The notes below the pieces were generated by a model. That model saw nothing but the letters and a program-made list of their open reading frames with translations, was not told the origin of the DNA and searched no databases. Position numbers and translations under genes: made by a program. A DNA stretch of 64,000 nucleotides from an uncultured Propionivibrio sp. (GTDB lineage: Bacteria; Pseudomonadota; Gammaproteobacteria; Burkholderiales; Rhodocyclaceae), in the NCBI GenBank assembly GCA_964575415.1, contig CAZNQL010000017.1, forward strand, positions 127-64,126. The letters are read 5' to 3'. Shown here in pieces: positions 61,126 to 64,000 of this stretch; the stretch's first letter is position 1, and each line of letters begins with the position of its first letter.

Positions 61126-62058
61126 TTACTGCGCTACGCCATGCTTGAGGATGAGGGCAAGGTAGCCGCCATAGAGCATCAGGAGCAGGACACCCCGGCG
61201 GCGGCCGATAAATCCGCTGCCTTCCGGATACGTGAAAACCAAGGCAGCGATGCCGAACGTTAGCGCGATTGCCAGGTCGTGCCAGGGGACGACGATCGGA
61301 TGGATCATGGCGGCGATACTGACGATGAATAGTCCGTTGAAGATATTGCTGCCCAGGATCGTTCCTAGGCCGACTTCGTCGTGCCCCCGAAACTTGGCAA
61401 TCATCGTCGTGGCGAGTTCGGGCACGGTCGTGCCGACAGACACGACCGTTGCGGCGATGATGAACTCATCGATGCCGAAGGCCAGAGCGATGCTCTTTGA
61501 CCCATCAACGATGAAATTGCCGGCGGTTATTAGCAAACCCAGACCGACGATACAGTACAGGGCGATCTGCCACGTTTGATGCACGCCGAGAACCTTTTCG
61601 GCGGCGCTGCGTTGTTTTCTGGCTTCCAGAACGGTGGCCGTAAACCAAGCCAGGAACATGCCCATCATCAGGACCCCGTCAAAGCGCGAAAGCTCGCCGT
61701 CAAGAAGCAGGAGCCCCGTAAATATTGGCACGGCAAGGGCGACCGGAAAGTCCTGTTTCACACTGGTGCGCGGACACTGGATGCCGGCAACGACAAGCGA
61801 GAGGCCGAGAATCAGCGCGACGTTCAGAACGTTGCTGCCGAGCGCATTGCCAAGCGCGATTCTCGGGGTTTCCGCCAGCGCAGCATTGATCGCGACCGAT
61901 AATTCCGGACTCGATGTGGCGAAGGCGGCCACCGTCGCGCCGATGATGCCTGGCGAAATCCGGAACGAATGCGCGAGGCTCACTGAACCGCGCACAAAAA
62001 GCTCGCCACCGATACCCGCGCAGACGATGCCGAGAAGGAAAGTTAGGTAAGGGTTCAA
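61126..62058 (-). CDS. Ca2+/Na+ antiporter (YrbG/CaCA family)
   Basis: alpha-1 repeat ATSSPEL..GN.LGSN and alpha-2 repeat GTTVPEL..G.ILGSNIFN. Confidence 0.92.
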   Translation of the reverse strand: MNPYLTFLLGIVCAGIGGELFVRGSVSLAHSFRISPGIIGATVAAFATSSPELSVAINAALAETPRIALGNALGSNVLNVALILGLSLVVAGIQCPRTSVKQDFPVALAVPIFTGLLLLDGELSRFDGVLMMGMFLAWFTATVLEARKQRSAAEKVLGVHQTWQIALYCIVGLGLLITAGNFIVDGSKSIALAFGIDEFIIAATVVSVGTTVPELATTMIAKFRGHDEVGLGTILGSNIFNGLFIVSIAAMIHPIVVPWHDLAIALTFGIAALVFTYPEGSGFIGRRRGVLLLMLYGGYLALILKHGVAQ

Positions 62059-62124
62059 TGCGTTCTCGCTTGCTCCGATTCGCTCAATTTACATTGGAAC
62101 ACCAGAAAGTTTTTTTGCAAATGA

Positions 62125-63189
62125 TCACAGGTTGCTTTGCTGTGGTTTGAGCGCATTATGGTCGCAATGCCCCTTGCCGCAATGGAAACAGAAGTTCGAA
62201 AATGCCACTTTCCGGGTTCCGCAGGACATGCATTGATCAAAAATTTCGATGCCGCAATGCTGGCAGAAGTTGTCTGTTTCCTTCGTGATCGGTCTTTCGC
62301 AACTGGGGCAAATGCCCTTGCCGATTCGAGTTAACGCCTGATCGTACTGAATATCCTTTTTACGTTGGGAGTCAGGCTGTTTTTCCAGATTGCGTTGTTG
62401 CTCTATGTAGCGTTGCAGCGCTGCGATAGCGTATTTGCCGGCAACCAGCGTGACCACCACACCAACCGTATAACGGACGTATCCGCCGTAGCTCGGCAGA
62501 TAAGGCACCAGTTCGACAAAAAATGCGAACAAGCTGAAGAATATGAAACCCCAGACAAAGGGCCAGTACGATTTCTTGCGGTGTTTGATGAACAGATAGG
62601 TCGCAACGAGCAGCAGGGGCAAGACGAACATCAGTCGGTAAATGAAGACGCGAAGCTCTATTTTCTTCTGCGTCGATTCGAATTCAGTTCTCGCCGTACT
62701 CTCCAGCGTCGCGATTTCCCGGTTGATTTGTGCTTTGGCCTGACGGGTATCGAGCAACTGCTTTTGAATGGCTTCAACGGCGGTCAAGGACTCCCGCTCC
62801 CTTTTTCGCAGATTCTCGAGGCTGGCCGTGCGACCGATCAGGTCATTGTTTTGCTCGGCGCGCTGCGTCGCATTTCTGGTGGTGACCCAGGCATCGAAGG
62901 CCTGTTTTGATGACTGATAGTCGGCACGTGCGGCCTGGAGCTGCAACTTGGCTTGCTCGAATTTCTCATTCGCGGTGTCTTCTTCCTTTTTCAGGACTTT
63001 AAGCTTGTCGGTCAGCAGGGTACGAGCACCCTTGTCCACGAAATTTTCGAGCGAAAGCCTGCTTTCGATTTTCGGAAGGTCACCGACGATGGTGCCGCCC
63101 AGGCCGATCAGAAAATAGGCAAACAGAAAAGCAATCAGCCATAAACCCCGGTTGAACCACTTTTCGGATAGTCTCAAGTGATTTGCCAT
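62125..63189 (-). CDS. Membrane-anchored coiled-coil protein with C-terminal double zinc ribbon
   Basis: TM1, long coiled coil, three TM helices, CPSC..FCQHCG..CMSCG..FCFHCG. Confidence 0.8.
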   Translation of the reverse strand: MANHLRLSEKWFNRGLWLIAFLFAYFLIGLGGTIVGDLPKIESRLSLENFVDKGARTLLTDKLKVLKKEEDTANEKFEQAKLQLQAARADYQSSKQAFDAWVTTRNATQRAEQNNDLIGRTASLENLRKRERESLTAVEAIQKQLLDTRQAKAQINREIATLESTARTEFESTQKKIELRVFIYRLMFVLPLLLVATYLFIKHRKKSYWPFVWGFIFFSLFAFFVELVPYLPSYGGYVRYTVGVVVTLVAGKYAIAALQRYIEQQRNLEKQPDSQRKKDIQYDQALTRIGKGICPSCERPITKETDNFCQHCGIEIFDQCMSCGTRKVAFSNFCFHCGKGHCDHNALKPQQSNL

Positions 63190-64000
63190 ATGGTTTCCCC
63201 GTTGTAGATTGTCTTAAGAATGAGTTTCCGATGCCTCGATCACGAGCCAGGTTGTAAGTAGCCGGACAAGCGCATAATGCGCGGCCCTTCCGGAGAGTAT
63301 CTCCCAAAACGCTCAAGACTACCCATGCCGAAGCCGGCAGACAATGGCCCGCAAGATGGCTCGCCAGGCCCAAAACATTTTACTTACCAAAAGTATGACA
63401 TGGCCAAGTTCGGTTGAAAGCAATTCCTCTAAACGCTCGAATAAACGCTGGAAATCAGTCAAGCGGCGTGGCTATATCACGGCGCGGCCCCTGAATTATG
63501 GGGGCGGATACACTAATTTCGAGGTTTTGTCGCGCATCGTCCGGTATGCGACGCGAACGGGAACTGTAGCCGCAAATCCAGCCTGATAAACCGAGTCAGA
63601 ATGCCTATATCGAATCTTAACTGGTGTCAGCGCGACGAATGCCTGAACGAAGCGCCAAAGGGGACGGAGTGATTGTAAATTTCAAATGTCTCCTTTGGCG
63701 CCGAAATTGACTTATCGAGCGAATTCGGCCAGAAGGGTTCCGAGTCCTCGTCCACGTTCAGCCATGCGCTCGCGCTTACGGTGATTTCTCGGTTTTTCCG
63801 TGGCGGTAATGGGCGGTGGCTTCTGAACGGAAATACCTGCGCCGGCATGATAGACCGGCAACATGGGGCCGCCACGCGACCGTTGCCAACTGCCGATGTG
63901 AATGCGCAGCTGCGCGATGAGCGCACTCAGATAACCGCTATTCTTGACCGTATTCGGAGATAATCCCGAAAATCGGGCGATGTCGTGGTAATTCAGAGGC

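Noticed and set aside
63344-63963. Short ORFs at the right edge
   Set aside because: No family signature; possibly remnants, but not supportable.

Overview
Chromosomal segment of a nitrogen-fixing betaproteobacterium; gene content and order resemble Rhodocyclaceae (inference). Left to right: class I fumarase (partial) and etfA-etfB-ETF-QO, divergent from a NifA/sigma54-driven nifV(W)-nifZ-nifM operon; an accessory block (LysE exporter, CDF/MerR metal module, truncated dienelactone hydrolase); tRNA-Ser(GGA); dnaX-ybaB-recR; petABC-sspAB; sigma54-driven ybiB; TerC, CNNM, CbiX and a damaged srkA; a ~3.7 kb AT-richer island with a minimal tyrosine recombinase; mutS; sigZ-permease-thioredoxin; suhB, trmJ, cysE and a complete isc operon with two desulfurases; a c-di-GMP cluster; an internally deleted metY; lysS, prfB, rdgC; DUF134 with a double NifX-like protein; a Ca/Na antiporter and a zinc-ribbon membrane protein. 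The best candidate for an undescribed system is the 27.4-31.1 kb island. It has a 204-aa catalytic-domain-only tyrosine recombinase, single-gene cargo separated by palindromic motifs, an integron attC-like site, and inverted lox-like end sites with conserved arms but different 7-bp spacers. The same motif family recurs around other accessory genes at 7.5-8.4 kb and, more weakly, at 61-63.6 kb. Caveat: many conserved residues carry single-base changes and several genes have single-base indels, so individual lesions may be sequencing or assembly errors.
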